Notes under the pieces: generated by a model
Seen by the model: the letters and a program-made list of their open reading frames with translations, nothing else
What the model was told of the DNA's origin: nothing
The model's database searches: none
Shown here: positions 1 through 12,841 of the stretch, piece after piece
Numbering within the stretch: position 1 is the first letter of the stretch
Layout: each line of letters starts with the position of its first letter
Made by a program: the position numbers and the translations under genes
Assembly (NCBI GenBank): GCA_013239625.1
Contig: MU056050.1
Location: 1,536,084-1,600,083, forward strand
From: Lama guanicoe
Lineage: Eukaryota
Reading direction: 5' to 3'
Length of the DNA stretch: 64,000 nt

Positions 1-80
1 TACAAAGTGACCCAAAGAAACTTTCAAGATTCATGGATAAGTCAATTGTCATGACTGGTGAAATAAGAAAGGAAGCTTAT

Positions 81-113
81 ATAGATGATAGGTAGATAGA
101 TAGATAGATAGAT
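81..113. repeat. (GATA)n microsatellite, imperfect
   Basis: atagatgataggtagatagatagatagatagat. Confidence 0.85.
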
Positions 114-1365
114 GCTGGACAGATAGGTGTACTTTAAACATGTGTATGTCCATTATAATTCAATAAAGTTGTAAAAACTGTCATGGGAAAAGTAATACCA
201 GCTATATACAAAGGTGACATTCAGATGTATTAAAGTTCTAACTTTGAAAAGTATAAAAGGGAGCAGAAATATTTTAGAAATATATATTTTGTCTTTAAGT
301 TAGGAATGAACTTAACAAGACACAAAATATAGATATCATAAAGCGAAACATTAATATATTTGGTCACATGAAGTTCAAAGATTTCTTTTAGTGATGAATC
401 CCTTGAAGGAAGTTAACAGATGAAAAATTGGGAAAATTCAGTAACAAAGATAGCTAGAAAATTCCCAAATACTTGGAGATTAAACAACACACTTCTAAAT
501 AACACGTGGGTCAAAAAAAGAATCTCAAGACAAATTTTTAAATATTTTGAACTAAATGAAGTTAGAAAACTGTCAACATATCAAAACTTGTTAGATGCAG
601 CAAAAGCAGTACTTAGAGGGAAATTTTTAGCCTTAAATGCATATATTAGAAAAGAAGAAGGATCTAAAATCAATCATCTAAGATTCTACTTTAGGAAACT
701 TTAAAAAAAAGAGCAAATTAAATCAAACTCCTAGCTAATGCAATAAAACAAGGAAAGGAAAGTAAGAGATATCCTAATTGTGAAGGAAAAAATAAAACTT
801 TTGTCTTTGTTTGCAGATGACATGATAGTCTATGTGAAATATCTGAGAGAATACACAAAAAACCTAGAACTAGCAAGCAACATTATACAGGTTGCATGAC
901 ACAAGGTTAATATACAAAAGTCAATTACTTTCCTTTAGCAGTGAACAAGTAGAATTTGAAATTTAAAATATAATACCATTTACATTAGCACTCAAAAAAA
1001 TAAAATACTTAAGTATAAGTCTAATAAAAATGTGTAAGACATATATGAGGAAAACTACAAAACTTTAATGATAGAAATCCAAGAACTATAAAAAATTCAA
1101 TGAAGAAATATTCTATGTTCATGGATAGAAAACTCAATATTATCAAGGTATCAGTTCTTCCTATTTTGGTCTATAGATTCAATGCAATACCAATGAAAAT
1201 ACCAGCAAGTTATTTTGTGGAATTGATAAACTGATCGTAAAGTTTATATGGAGTGGCAAAAGACCCAGAATAGCCAACACAATATTGAAAAAGAACAAAG
1301 TTGGAAGAATGGGACTACTTGACTTCAAGACTTACTATAAAGCTACAGTAATCAAGACATTATGG

Positions 1366-1620
1366 CAGACTCACATATATAGAATACAAATCAGGTTACC
1401 AAAAGGGAAGAGGGACAAATTAGGGGTACGAGATTAATAAATACAAATCACTATACAAACAATAGATAAGCAACAAGGATTTACTGTATAGCACAGGGAA
1501 TTATACCCATTATCTTATAATAACCTACAATGGAGTATATTCTACAAAAATACTGAAACACTATGCTGTACACCTGAAACTAACACAACATTGTAAATCA
1601 ACTATACTTCAATTTAAAAA
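1366..1620 (+). mobile_element. Young L1 3' UTR tail nested in older L1
   Basis: Ends cacctgaaactaacacaacattgtaaatcaactatacttcaatttaaaaa. TSD aagacattatgg (1354-1365) / aagacatttgtgg (1621-1633). Host ORF2 resumes afterwards. Confidence 0.88.
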
Positions 1621-2663
1621 AAGACATTTGTGGTACTGGTAAAAGAATAAGCAAATAGATCAATGGGATGGAACAGAGCTGAAACAGACCTATATTAAAA
1701 ATAGTCAATCAATCTTGACAAAGGAGCAAAGGCATTACAATGGAGAAAAGATAGCCTTTTCAATAAATGATGCTGGAATAACTGGATAGCCACATGCAAA
1801 ATGGAATCTAGACATAGACCTTAAATCCTTCACAAAAACTAACTCAAAATGGGTAACAGACCAAAATGTAAAATGCAAACCTCTAAAATTTCTAAAGGAT
1901 AACATAGGAGAAACTCTAGATGACCTTAGATTTGATGATGACTTTTACATATGATACCAAGTTATACCCTATGAAAGAAACAACTGATAAACTGGAATAT
2001 TGAAATGTAAAATTTCTGCTCTGCAAAAGACATTGTCAAGAGAATGAAAAGTCAGTTCATATACTGGGAGAAAATATTTGCAAAGACACATCTGACAAAG
2101 AACTCATTCAAAATACAGAAAGAACTCTTAAACCTCAACAGTAAGAAAACCTGATTTTTTTCAAAAGGGCCAAAGACTTTAACAGACACCTCATCCAAAG
2201 AAGATATACAGATGGCAAATAAGCATATGAAAAGATGCTCCATATCATTTATCATCAAGAAAATGCAAATTAAAATGACAATGAGCTACCAAACTTATTA
2301 GAATGACCAAAATCCAGAACACTGACAACACCAAATTCTTTTGAGGATGTGGAATAACAGGAACTCTCACTTACTGATGGTGGAAATGTGAAATGGCACA
2401 GCCACTATGGAAGAGTTTGGTGGTTTCTTACAAAACTAAACATACTCTTACCATGCCATCTAGCAATCATACTCCTTGGTATCTACCCAAAGGAGTTGAA
2501 AACTTATGTCTACACAAAAGCCAGCACATAGATAGCTATAGCAGCTTTATTCATAACTGCCAAAACTAGGAATATTGTTAAATGTTAAAAATCAGTGATC
2601 TATCAAACCATGAAAAAACATAGAGGAAACAAATACATACTACTAAGTGAAAGAAACCAATCT

Positions 2664-3336
2664 TTTTTTTTAACATTTTTTATTGATTTATAATCATTTT
2701 ACAATGTTGTGTCAAATTCCAGTGTTCAGCACAATTTTTCAGTCATACATGAACATATATATATTCATTGTTACATTTTTCCTCTGTGAGCTACCATAAG
2801 ATCTTGTATATATTAATATTTCCCTATACAGCATCATCTTGTTTATCTAGTCTACAATTTTGAAATCCCATCTATCCCTTCCCACCACCTTGGCAACCAC
2901 AAGTTTGTATTCTATGTCTATGAGTCTGTTTCTGTTTTGTATTTATGCTTGCTTGTTTGTTTTTATCTTTTTTATTTTTCAGATTCCACATATGAGTGAT
3001 CTCATATGGTATTTTTCTTTCTCTTTCTGGCTTACTTCACTTAGAATGACATTCTCCAGGAGCATCCATGTTGCTGCAAATAGCATTATGTTGTTGGTTT
3101 TTATGGCTGAGTAGTATTCCATTGTATAAATATACCACCACTTCTTTATCCAGTCATCCCATTGATGGACATTTAGGCTGTCTCCATGTCTTGGATATTG
3201 TAAATAGTGCTGCTATGAACACTGAGGTACAGGTGTCATCCTGAAGTAGGGTTCCTTCTGGATATATGCCCAGGAGTGGGATTCCTCGGTCATACGGTAA
3301 GTCTATTCCTAGTCTTTTGCGGAATCTCCATACTAT
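2664..3336 (-). mobile_element. Young lineage-specific L1 3' end, antisense, nested
   Basis: Poly-T head followed by L1 3' UTR and ORF2 end in reverse. TSD tgaaagaaaccaatct (2648-2663) / tgaaagaaatgaatct (3337-3352). Confidence 0.9.
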
Positions 3337-3820
3337 TGAAAGAAATGAATCTTAAAAGGCTACATACAGTATGATTCATTGTGGAAAAGGCAAAACTATA
3401 GAGAACATAAAAAGATCTATGGTTGCCAAAGGTTAGGTGGGAGTAAGATATGAATAGGTGGAACACAGAGGATTCTTAGGGCAGTGAACTACTCTGATAC
3501 TATGTGGTGGATATATGTCATTATACATTTTTCTGAACCCATGTAATGTACAACACCCAAAGTCAACCCCTAACATAAACTATTGACTTTGGGTGACAAT
3601 GATAATGATAAGTCAGTATATGTTCCTCACTTGTAACAAACATACCACTCCAGTGGGGTATGTTGATAATAGGGGAGGTTATTTATTTGTGGTATTAGGG
3701 AGTATATGGAAAATCTCTGTATCTTCTGCTCAGTATTTCTGTGAACCAAAACTGCTCTAAAAAACAAGTTCTACTTAAAAAAAATTAATGAGAAAAATAA
3801 GCTCTAAAAATTGAGAAAAT

Positions 3821-4520
3821 AACTTTTTGATGTTAAAAGCTCAAAAGCTATTGTTGTATATCACACAATAAATTGCAAATCAACAATAAATATTTGAATT
3901 AAATAATAAAAATCTTGGCAAAGGATATAAGTAAGGCAAATTATAAAAGGAAAATTAAAATGGTTAACAGACATGTAAAAGTTGATTTCAACTGTATTTG
4001 TCATTAGACAATTTTAAATTAAAACAGCAGTGTATATTGCTTTAAAATGCACCAGTAAGAATGGGTAAATATTTCAAAGTTTGAGAAAACCAAATATTGG
4101 CAGAAATAGAAAACATCTGAAACCTATACCCGACTTGTGGGAGATGGACTGGTACCAATATTCTGTTGAGTAAATTGGGTTAGTAAACATAAGCATACAC
4201 AAAGTTTATTACTCAATCCCACTCCCAGATTAATATCCAAAAGTAATATATGCCCAGACCCATGAAAGGTTTCATTTAAAGATACACATGACAGCACTCC
4301 TTGTAGAAGCAGAATAAGTGGCAACTTAACTTTCCACTGTTTGGGAAAATAAGTAGTTTAGTGAGTACGTGGTATAGAATACTATGCTTCAATCAGAAGT
4401 AATGAACTAAAGGTCCAATAGCAACATAATTGATCTCTAAAATATATTATTCATCTAAAAACAAACTATGGAATAGTGATATTTATTGTAAATAACATTT
4501 ATGTGTAAAGCATGCAAATA
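3821..4520 (+). mobile_element. Ancient L1 (L1ME-like) 3' region; its left part is about 180-437
   Basis: Degenerate ORF2 C-terminal and 3' UTR motifs that continue across the 438-3805 insertion. Confidence 0.55.
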
Positions 4521-5029
4521 TAAAGCAGTTACAAAGAAAGGGTGTCATTAAGCCAATGCCTAAAGAGAGAAAGAGAAGAATGGAGTAGAAATCAAGGAAG
4601 GCAGGAAGAAAATAAAAAAGAAAACAGCAGTGTAATAAAGCCAAAGAAGGGTCTAACAATGATGACAGTTTGCCATAGATTGAAGTGTATGATCGACTTA
4701 AACCTCTGAATTTGATGTTCAAAAAAACCTATGCAAAAACACAGACAAATGAAAGGGCAGATATAAAACTTACATGAAGCAAGAATTGATACAATCTGAA
4801 CTGTTCCTGTGCCTAAAAATGCCAGTTACCAAGGATGACACTCAAGATTTAAGCCTGGGTGGCAGAACAGGTGATTGATTTATGGAAAGAAAAATAATTG
4901 GAGTATATTATAATGCTTGCATTGGATGTCAGGAACTCACTGAAGGTAATTTTCTGACTCACAGGTGAAGAAAACACCTTTATCATTATATCCATCACAA
5001 TGATATGAACTTACTAAATGGAATTTCCT

Positions 5030-5125
5030 CAAAGGCAAGAAACTATAATTACTTTTTTGTATCTCAAGTGCCTAGCATGGTGTCTAGCAATATGAAGCAC
5101 TCAAGAAGTGTTCATTGAACTGAAT
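5030..5125 (+). mobile_element. L2 3' end relic
   Basis: gtatctcaagtgcctagcatggtgtctagca...ttcattgaactgaat resembles the L2 terminus. Confidence 0.6.
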
Positions 5126-5844
5126 ATCAGTTTCAAAGTCATTTGTTGTGTTTATTTTGTCTGTTGATATGGTGTTAAAATAGTGGATCAATATTTGTGC
5201 ACAAAACAATGGCAATAGTGTCCATATCCACACAAAACCAATACACCTGGTTGTAAGGATGGGAAATGCAACGAAACTGCTACAGAGTGTGTGTGTGTTT
5301 AGTTCAATTTTGATTCCCCTAAACTAAATGAAGGCTGTGAACAAAGCTCAGATTTTCTGACCATTGTTGCCTGCTCGGAATGTGTCAGATCAGTATGTAC
5401 TTAGAGATTCCATCACTACAAAGTTGAAGAAATCCTTTTTAAAATCCCTATTTACTTTCCTGAAATATGAACATAATTGATAGTAGACAAGAAAAGTGAC
5501 CAAAGATAGCAATAAACTCTTCCTGAGCTAATGGAAGACTTTTATACTTGGTTTAGTGCTTTGAAATCAGGGGCTGCATTCTGCCCAGCTTTTAGGTGCT
5601 CTGAACCAAAAATGAGCCACCATAGAGGATATAAGAGTTTTCTATTGCACTTGCCGAACTGTTAGATTATATCTCTGACCTTCAAATATGCAGGAAACAC
5701 AATCACAATAGACTGTTAATGACCATAGGCTTCTGATTACAAAGAGAAAAAGAATTAAAAATGTTGTCATCTTATGCTAAAATTAAAGTGATGCCATACA
5801 TTTGTTTAAAGTTTTAATGTTTTGTGACAGGAATTCACACCTAT

Positions 5845-6010
5845 AATCTTCTTTATCTTTACAGCAACCCAATTACAGAAAAAATAGTCATTATTATGCC
5901 CACTAGCCAAATGGGCACAGTAAGTGACAAGGAAATTAAATACCTTTCTTTGAGTCATATGAATAATTAGTGACGGTGATTTGGCTGGAACCTGGATTTC
6001 CTGGTATAAT
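5845..6010 (-). mobile_element. MIR relic
   Basis: Degenerate reverse MIR core (tttacagcaaccc...attattatgccc...ggaacctggatt). Confidence 0.5.
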
Positions 6011-6215
6011 TCTATACCTATAAAACATCATCTAATCATGCTTTCTCTCTGAATGTTGAGTATGAAGAAAAAGTAAAAATAGAATTGCTCATATATGTTT
6101 GCATCAGCTTCTGGTTTTCTTAGGCCTCCAAACTGCTTCAATTTGGATAAATTTTGAATCTCATTCTGAGATTTTTCTAAATCTGTTGCATTCTCATGGA
6201 ACTCAATCTGTTCTT

Positions 6216-7361
6216 TTTTACAAAACCAATTTATTATAGTATGACTGACATACACAAACTTGTACATATTTAATGTATACAACTTGATGAGTTTGAAGAT
6301 ATATATCTAGTAAACCATCACCATAATTTGTATCATAAGCATTTCCACCATCTTCAAAAGTTTCTTCCCACGTTTTAATATTTTTTTGTGATAAGAACAC
6401 ATACGATCTACCCTCTTAGTACATTTTAAAATATACAATGCAGTGTTTTTAACTATAGGAACTATGCTGTATAGTAGATTTCTCAGGCTTGTTTATCTTA
6501 ATAACTGAAAATTTGAACTCTGTGACTTAATACCTCATTATTTCCTTCTCCCCCCATAACCTGGCAACCTTCATTCTACTCTCTGCTTTAGTAAGTAAGG
6601 CTATTTGAGATTCCTAATATAAGTGGTATCATACAGTATTTGTAATTCTGTGTCTGGCTTATTTCACTTAGCATAATGTCCTCTGGGTTCATCCATGTTG
6701 TCACAAGTGGCAGGATTTCCTTCTTTTATAAGACTGAATAATATTTATATCCCGTTTCTTTATCCATTCATCCATCAGTGGACATGTAGTTTGCTTCAGG
6801 GTCTTGTTTGTTGTGGATAATGCTGATCCTAATTTCAGTTCCTTTGGATATACACACAGAAGTGATATTACTAGATTATATGGTAGTTTATTTTTTGAGG
6901 ACACTCTATACTGTTTTCCATAGCATCTGCACCATTTTACACTTCCACCAACAGTGTACAAGGATTCCCTTTTCTCTGCATTCTCACCATGAACATGGGA
7001 TGTCTTCTCATTTATTTTTGTCTGCTTTAATTTCTTTCATCTGTGTTTTATGACTGTCAGTATACATATCTTTTACTGCCTTGGTTAAATTTACTCCTAA
7101 GTATTTTATTCTTTTTTATGCTATTGTAAATTGGATTGTTTTAATTTCCTTTTCAGATAGTTCATAGCTGTTGTATAGAAGTGCAACTGAATTTTATGTG
7201 TTGATTTTGTATCGTGCAACTTTACTGAATTGATTTATTAGTCCTAACAGGTTTTTTTGTGTGTGTGCATGCACGCATGCACATGGTCTTTAGGATTTTC
7301 CATGTATAAGATCATGTCATTGACAGAGATAATTTTACTTATTCCTTTCCAATTTAGAGCA
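6216..7361 (-). mobile_element. L1 (L1MA-like) 3' fragment with internal deletion
   Basis: Perfect 13-bp TSD tcaatctgttctt (6203-6215 / 7362-7374). Reverse L1 3' UTR and ORF2 with a jump near 6986. Confidence 0.9.
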
Positions 7362-7419
7362 TCAATCTGTTCTTCTGATCACCTTACTAATGTTGCTCTA
7401 TCAGGTCATAGCTAAATAT

Positions 7420-7610
7420 TTACCTGTTTCTGAAAAGCTAATTTAATCCTCACAGCAACCCTAGGAAGGAAATTTTATTATCTCCACTTTATACTTGAAA
7501 AAACTGAGGCACAGGAAAAAATTAAGAAACTTTCTCAATTCATACAGTGACTAAATAGAAAAATTCAGATTCAAATATAATCGATTGCCTCCAGAACCTG
7601 CTTAGTCACT
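7420..7610 (-). mobile_element. MIR
   Basis: tttaatcctcacagcaaccct...aaactgaggcacag is the reverse MIR core. Confidence 0.8.
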
Positions 7611-7749
7611 ATAAAATCACATTATAAAAAGCACATTATAAACTTAATTTTAGTTAAAACATTTTTCTATTCATACAGGACTTGTAAAGTATATCAGTAA
7701 AACAAAAAAGAGACCAGTAGTAGACATTTTCTTGTCAAAATACATGAAA

Positions 7750-8340
7750 TTTGAGTGTGTAACAAAGGTGCCTTTAAAATCAGCAGAATGGTACTGGGAC
7801 AAATAACTATCCATCTGGGAAAATTATATTTATTCCTAGACATAGTATTCAAAACTTAAATTTCAGATACATTAGAGATTCAAATACTGAAAAATTCATA
7901 AAATGAATTAAAATGTATACAGTAATATATTCATGTCCTTTAATTAAGGAAAATATTCTTAAGTAAGATGCAAAAATTCAGAGTCAAAGTAGACTGATGA
8001 TTTTAACTACATTAATTTAAGAGTTTCTTTTAACAAAAGAGATACCATAAGTAAAGTTTAAAAGACAACTGATAGAGCTGAAGAAAATATTTGAAACAAA
8101 AATTCACATTGAGAAAACATTAGAAACTACAAACTAATGAGACATGCAAAAACACAATAGAAAATGGGCATTTACAGAAGAGGAAAAACAAATGGTTAAT
8201 AAAAGAAGGCTCATCTTCACTAGTAATCAGAGAAATGAACTTTCCAAACCAAGCTATACCATTTTTAATCCATTCAATTTGCAAAAAAATTATATAATTT
8301 GATCATAATCTTCCATTAGCAAAAATGGAAGAAACTGATT
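7750..8340 (+). mobile_element. Ancient L1 ORF2 3' fragment
   Basis: Degenerate motifs gaagaaaatatttg, aaaatgggca, cactagtaatcagagaaatg. Confidence 0.65.
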
Positions 8341-8599
8341 AAGTATCTGATCCATTTCCAAAACCTGTCTACAATATATCCTTAAGATTGTCCAAACTGG
8401 CTCACTTCTCTTTATCTTTATTATATCTGCCCTAGGCTAAGTTACAATATATCTCACCTGGGTGTGAGCTACATAACCTACAGGCAGGCATCTTATGTTT
8501 TTCTCTTATCTCCCAACAAGTCATTCTCTACCAGGGTCCAAAGTTATAATTTTTAAAAACACATCAGAAAGAGAGAGGGAGAGAGAAAGAGAAATCAGA

Positions 8600-8716
8600 G
8601 GACTCAATGAATACTTTAATGCTCTGATGTCACCGTCTTGAAATTCCTATCCTTTTAATAAAGGACCCTAAATTTTCACTTTGTACTGGGACCCACAAAT
8701 TAAGTAGCTAGTCCTA
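8600..8716. mobile_element. MER91-like hAT relic
   Basis: gctctgatgtcaccgtcttgaaattc...ctgggacccacaaattaagtagctagtcct matches my recollection of MER91A. Confidence 0.6.
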
Positions 8717-10261
8717 TCTATGACACAAATTTGCCCCTTAGAGTTTAGCCTCTATGGATGTGCTTCAGGACTTGAATTTCCTTTAATTGTTTATTTCACT
8801 TACATTACAGAAATATCTTTTGTATAAAAATAATGTGAGCTAAGGGCCAAATATATTGAATTTTGAAGTAAAGAGTTTTCAAATGACAGCATAAAGTTAA
8901 TAGCTAAAGCAATAGGGACCCTGAGGGGATCTTGTAAGGGAGCAAAGAGCAAATACACAATGTCAGTAGAGTGAAAACAAATACATGACAGTGCTTAATG
9001 GACTTCCACCAAAACATCTTCCCTAAGAATAAAGCTAAAATTGCCTGTCTTAAAGCAGGGCAATTACTCAAATGTAGAACGAGAAACCTTTCCAGCTGGG
9101 AAATGAGTTTTCAAGTTTTCTGGCAAAAGAAACTTTGTAATATTTGTTTTTGTCAGATTGCTTACCCAGATTCTTTGCTTGCTTCTCTTTTTCTACCATA
9201 GTCTTGTCATCAGATTTTCCCTCCCTTCCATCCTGCATCTTAATTGAGCAGAGACTGCAGAAAAGACTCTATCTTTTGTAGCTATAGCCTTCAATTGGTT
9301 GATTGATTTTTCAATTGCATGGAATTGAGTGGACTTATTTCTTCCTTCTTAGCTTCCATTACCCAATTTCTAGTTCTTGATTCTTACAGGAAAAATGTAC
9401 CTTTATGAACTAGGCTTGGGATTTAATCCAGAGTGACCTTAGAATTTTAAAAATAGAAATTTACTTGTTAGCTGATTAACTTTGACTACACTATTGAGTA
9501 TCTAAAAATAGTTACTAACTATAAATCTTTCTTTACAAATTAGAAATGGAATTTTCAGTGGATATATATACACGTATACAAACATTATTATATACAATAA
9601 CTAAAATAATAATAAACATGTATTGAGGCAGGCTTTGAGTTAGGTGTTCCAAAAAACCCTAGTGTATTATTATCCTTACTTTTCACATGAAGTAACAGAC
9701 TCATGTAAAGATATGATATAGCATGCTTAAAGTCATATTAACTGCCAAAACTCAAAAGACACAAAGTCAGGTACGTATTTCTCAATAAATGAAGGCAGAG
9801 GCTGTAGAGTTTCACCTTCAAACATTGAGAGTGTAGAGTATTTGCTCTTCACATGATCAGTGCTCAAGAAAGATAGGTGCTCAGGAAAGATAGGTTGAAT
9901 TAGGACCACATTGTGCAAAACTTCTAGAGACACAATTCATATTATTGCCAAGAGAAGTGCAATACAACAGCTCTATGTAACACTGAATTGTAGGACTAAG
10001 TCAGAGAAGACAACTTGACACCTAGGAATAGTTAGATTTGATAGTTAGACAAGTAAGAAGTAAAGTTCTATTGTGTCTAAGGAAATACTGAGATTTATTT
10101 ACCACAGCACCTAGTTGTATGTTATTTATTACGAATAATATATTTAATTGTTTTCATTCAATTAAGAGTAAAATCTGAGATTCAGTAAAGCTATACTCAA
10201 AGGAAAACCTATAGTCATGAATTAATTTATTACAAAAGAAACATTGAAAATAAATGAAGAA

Positions 10262-10364
10262 TATGAAAATGAATAGTATGTATGTATATGCATAACTGGG
10301 ACATTGTGCTGTACACCAGAAATTGACACATTGTAACTGATGGTACTTCAATTAAAAAAAAAAG
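10262..10364 (+). mobile_element. About 100-bp young L1 3' tail
   Basis: gctgtacaccagaaattgacacattgtaactga...caatt then poly-A. TSD aaatgaagaa (10252-10261 / 10365-10374). Confidence 0.85.
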
Positions 10365-10504
10365 AAATGAAGAAATGACAAAAGCATCCATTTAAAGAAG
10401 GTAGAAAAAATACAACAAAATAAACCATTATAAATTGAAAGGTAATAACAAATATGGAAAAAGATGAAATAGCAAACAACCAAAATGCATAGCATTCATA
10501 ATTA

Positions 10505-11015
10505 GTGTTCAGTTAAGTGGCATTAAGTAATTCACATTGTTGTACAATCATCACCACCATCCATCTTCAGAATTTTTCATTTTCCCAAACTGAAACTCTG
10601 TATCCATTAAACAACAACTCCTCATTCCCTCCTCCCTCAGCCCCTGAAAACCACCATTCTATGCCTCTATGAATTTGACTAGTCTGGATATCTCATATAA
10701 ATGGAATCATATAATATTTGTACTTTTGTGAATGGCTCATTTAACTTAGCACAACGTCCTCAAGTTTCATCCACATTGTAGCATATATCAGAATTTTCTT
10801 CCTTTTTAAAGCTAAAAAACATTCTATCATATGTATATACCACATTTTTTTATCCATTCATCCATCAGTGGACACTTGGGTTGCTTACACCTTTTAGCTA
10901 TTGTGAATAATACTGCTATGAACATAGTTGTAAAAATATCTATTTGAGTCCCTGCTTTCAATTCTTTGGAATATATACCCAGTAGTGGAACGTCTGAATA
11001 ATATGATAATTCTAT
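10505..11015 (-). mobile_element. L1MB-like 3' end
   Basis: cacattgttgtacaatcatcaccaccatccatc...cccaaactgaaactctg and tccattcatccatcagtggacacttgggttgc. Confidence 0.85.
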
Positions 11016-11019
11016 ATCG

Positions 11020-11804
11020 TATAAGCTGTTTCGAGAGGTCCAACAAATAGATAAAGTTCTAAGAAAAGTAGACAGAAGATAAAGTTAATATTAGAAACCG
11101 GAAAGGAAATATATGTATAGAGTAGACTCAAAATTATAAGTGTTACACACAATTTATACCAATAAATTTGAAAAATTTATAAAGTATATATAGATACATA
11201 CACATATGCACATATGTTTAGGAAGACAGAAAGTGGACTACAGAAGTAATTGAAATTGAGTCAAAAATTTACCACTAAAAATATTCCAGATTATCTTATA
11301 GGTGAACATTATGAAAACATCATGGCACACAGAATTCTCTGTGTTTCATCATTCTGTCAGATTATGTAGCAAGATTTATAGTCATCATCTCATACTATAA
11401 AACTGACGAAATCTTAATAAGAGGTCAAGCATATTTATAATCTTTATGTATTTTTCTTGACTCATTCTGTAGGCTAAAATTTATAAATATTAGAAACATA
11501 CAAAATGATAATTATTCATAGTCAATATGATTGTTTGTTTAAAATATTCAAGTAAATGAACTGAAAAAACATTAGACTAATAAGGAGATTAAGTAGTTAT
11601 CCAAATACAAAATCCACATCAAAATTAATAATATTGCTTTATAATATCAGTAACCAATTAGAAAATGTCATGAAAATGATCCCATTTCCAATCACAACAA
11701 ATAGATGAAATATATTTGGAATTTCAAATTAGACCAGAATAAATGAAAACATATACCATGATTCTAGTTATAAAGACACAACATTGTAAACAGCTTATAA
11801 AATT
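11020..11804 (+). mobile_element. Ancient degraded L1 ORF2 fragments; continue at about 12860-13560
   Basis: Degenerate ORF2 motifs (taaccaattagaaaat, atataccatgattc, atcaatagaac...agaaacagacc). Confidence 0.55.
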
Positions 11805-11822
11805 TATGTGAAAGCTAATTTG

Positions 11823-12841
11823 GTTTTTTTTTGTTTTATTTTTAATTTTTTAAAATTGAAGTACAGTCCATTTACAATGTTGTATTAATTTCTGGTGTAC
11901 AGCATAGTAATTCAGTTATACACACACATATATATATATTCCTTTTCATTTTTTTCATTATAGGCTATTACAAGGTATTGAATATAGTTCCCTGTGCTAT
12001 ACCATAGGACTTTGCTGTTTACTGATTTTATATATAGTACTTAGTATCTGAATACCCCAAACTCCCAATTTATGCCTCCACTCCTCCCCTTCCCCTGCTG
12101 GTAACCACAAGTTTGTTTTCTATGTTTGTGAGTTTGTTTCTGTTTTGTAAATAAGTTCATTTGTCTCATTTTTTTAGATACTACATATAAGTAATATCAT
12201 ATGATATTTTTCTTTCTCTTTCTGGCTTACTTAGTATACAAGAACCTCATACAATTAAATAACAAAAAATAAATAAACAACTCAATCAGAAAATGGGCAG
12301 AAGACCTAAACAAACATTTCTCTAATGAATATATACAAATGGCCAAGAGGCACATGAACAAGTGCTCAATATCTCTATGAGAGAAATGCAAATCAAAACT
12401 ATAGTGAAGTGTCACCTCACACCAGCCAGAATGGCCATCAATAAAAAGTCCACAAATAATAAATGCTGGAGAGGGTGGGGAGAAAAAAGAACTCTCTTAC
12501 ACTGTTGGTAGGAATGTAGTTTGGTGCAGCCATGATGGAAAACAGTATGGAGATTCCTTAAAAAACTACAAATAGAGTTACCATATGATCCAGCAATCCC
12601 ACTCCTGGGCATATATCCAGAAAAATTCTAATTTAAAAAGAAACATGCAACCCAATGTTCATATAGCATCACTATTAGCAATAGGCAAGTAGGCAAGACA
12701 TGGAAGCAACCTAAATGTTCATCGACAGATGACTGGATAAAGATGTGGTGTGTATATGTACAATGGAATACTACTCAGCCATAAAAAACAATAAAATAAT
12801 GCCATTTGCAGCAACATGGATGGAACTGGAGATTGTCATAC
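11823..12841 (-). mobile_element. 5'-inverted (twin-primed) young L1
   Basis: Poly-T plus reverse 3' UTR to about 12232, then a plus-strand ORF2 end to 12841. TSD tatgtgaaagctaatttg (11805-11822) / tatgtgaaagataatttg (12842-12859). Confidence 0.92.

Larger units (their letters stand above)
438..3805 (+). mobile_element. 5'-truncated L1 (L1MC-like) with internal ORF2 deletion and two nested younger L1 tails
   Basis: ORF2 peptide [22 protein letters not shown] motif LFADDMIV near 806-829. L1MC-type 3' UTR near 3500-3780. Candidate TSD aaaaattgggaaaat (423-437) / aaaaattgagaaaat (3806-3820). Confidence 0.88.

Noticed and set aside
4590..5734. Chain of four small minus-strand exon-like segments (5680-5732, 4963-5013, 4774-4812, from 4728) that join in an open frame
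   Set aside because: It needs a 45-nt intron and several weak splice sites, and the peptide is unrecognisable. Likely chance.
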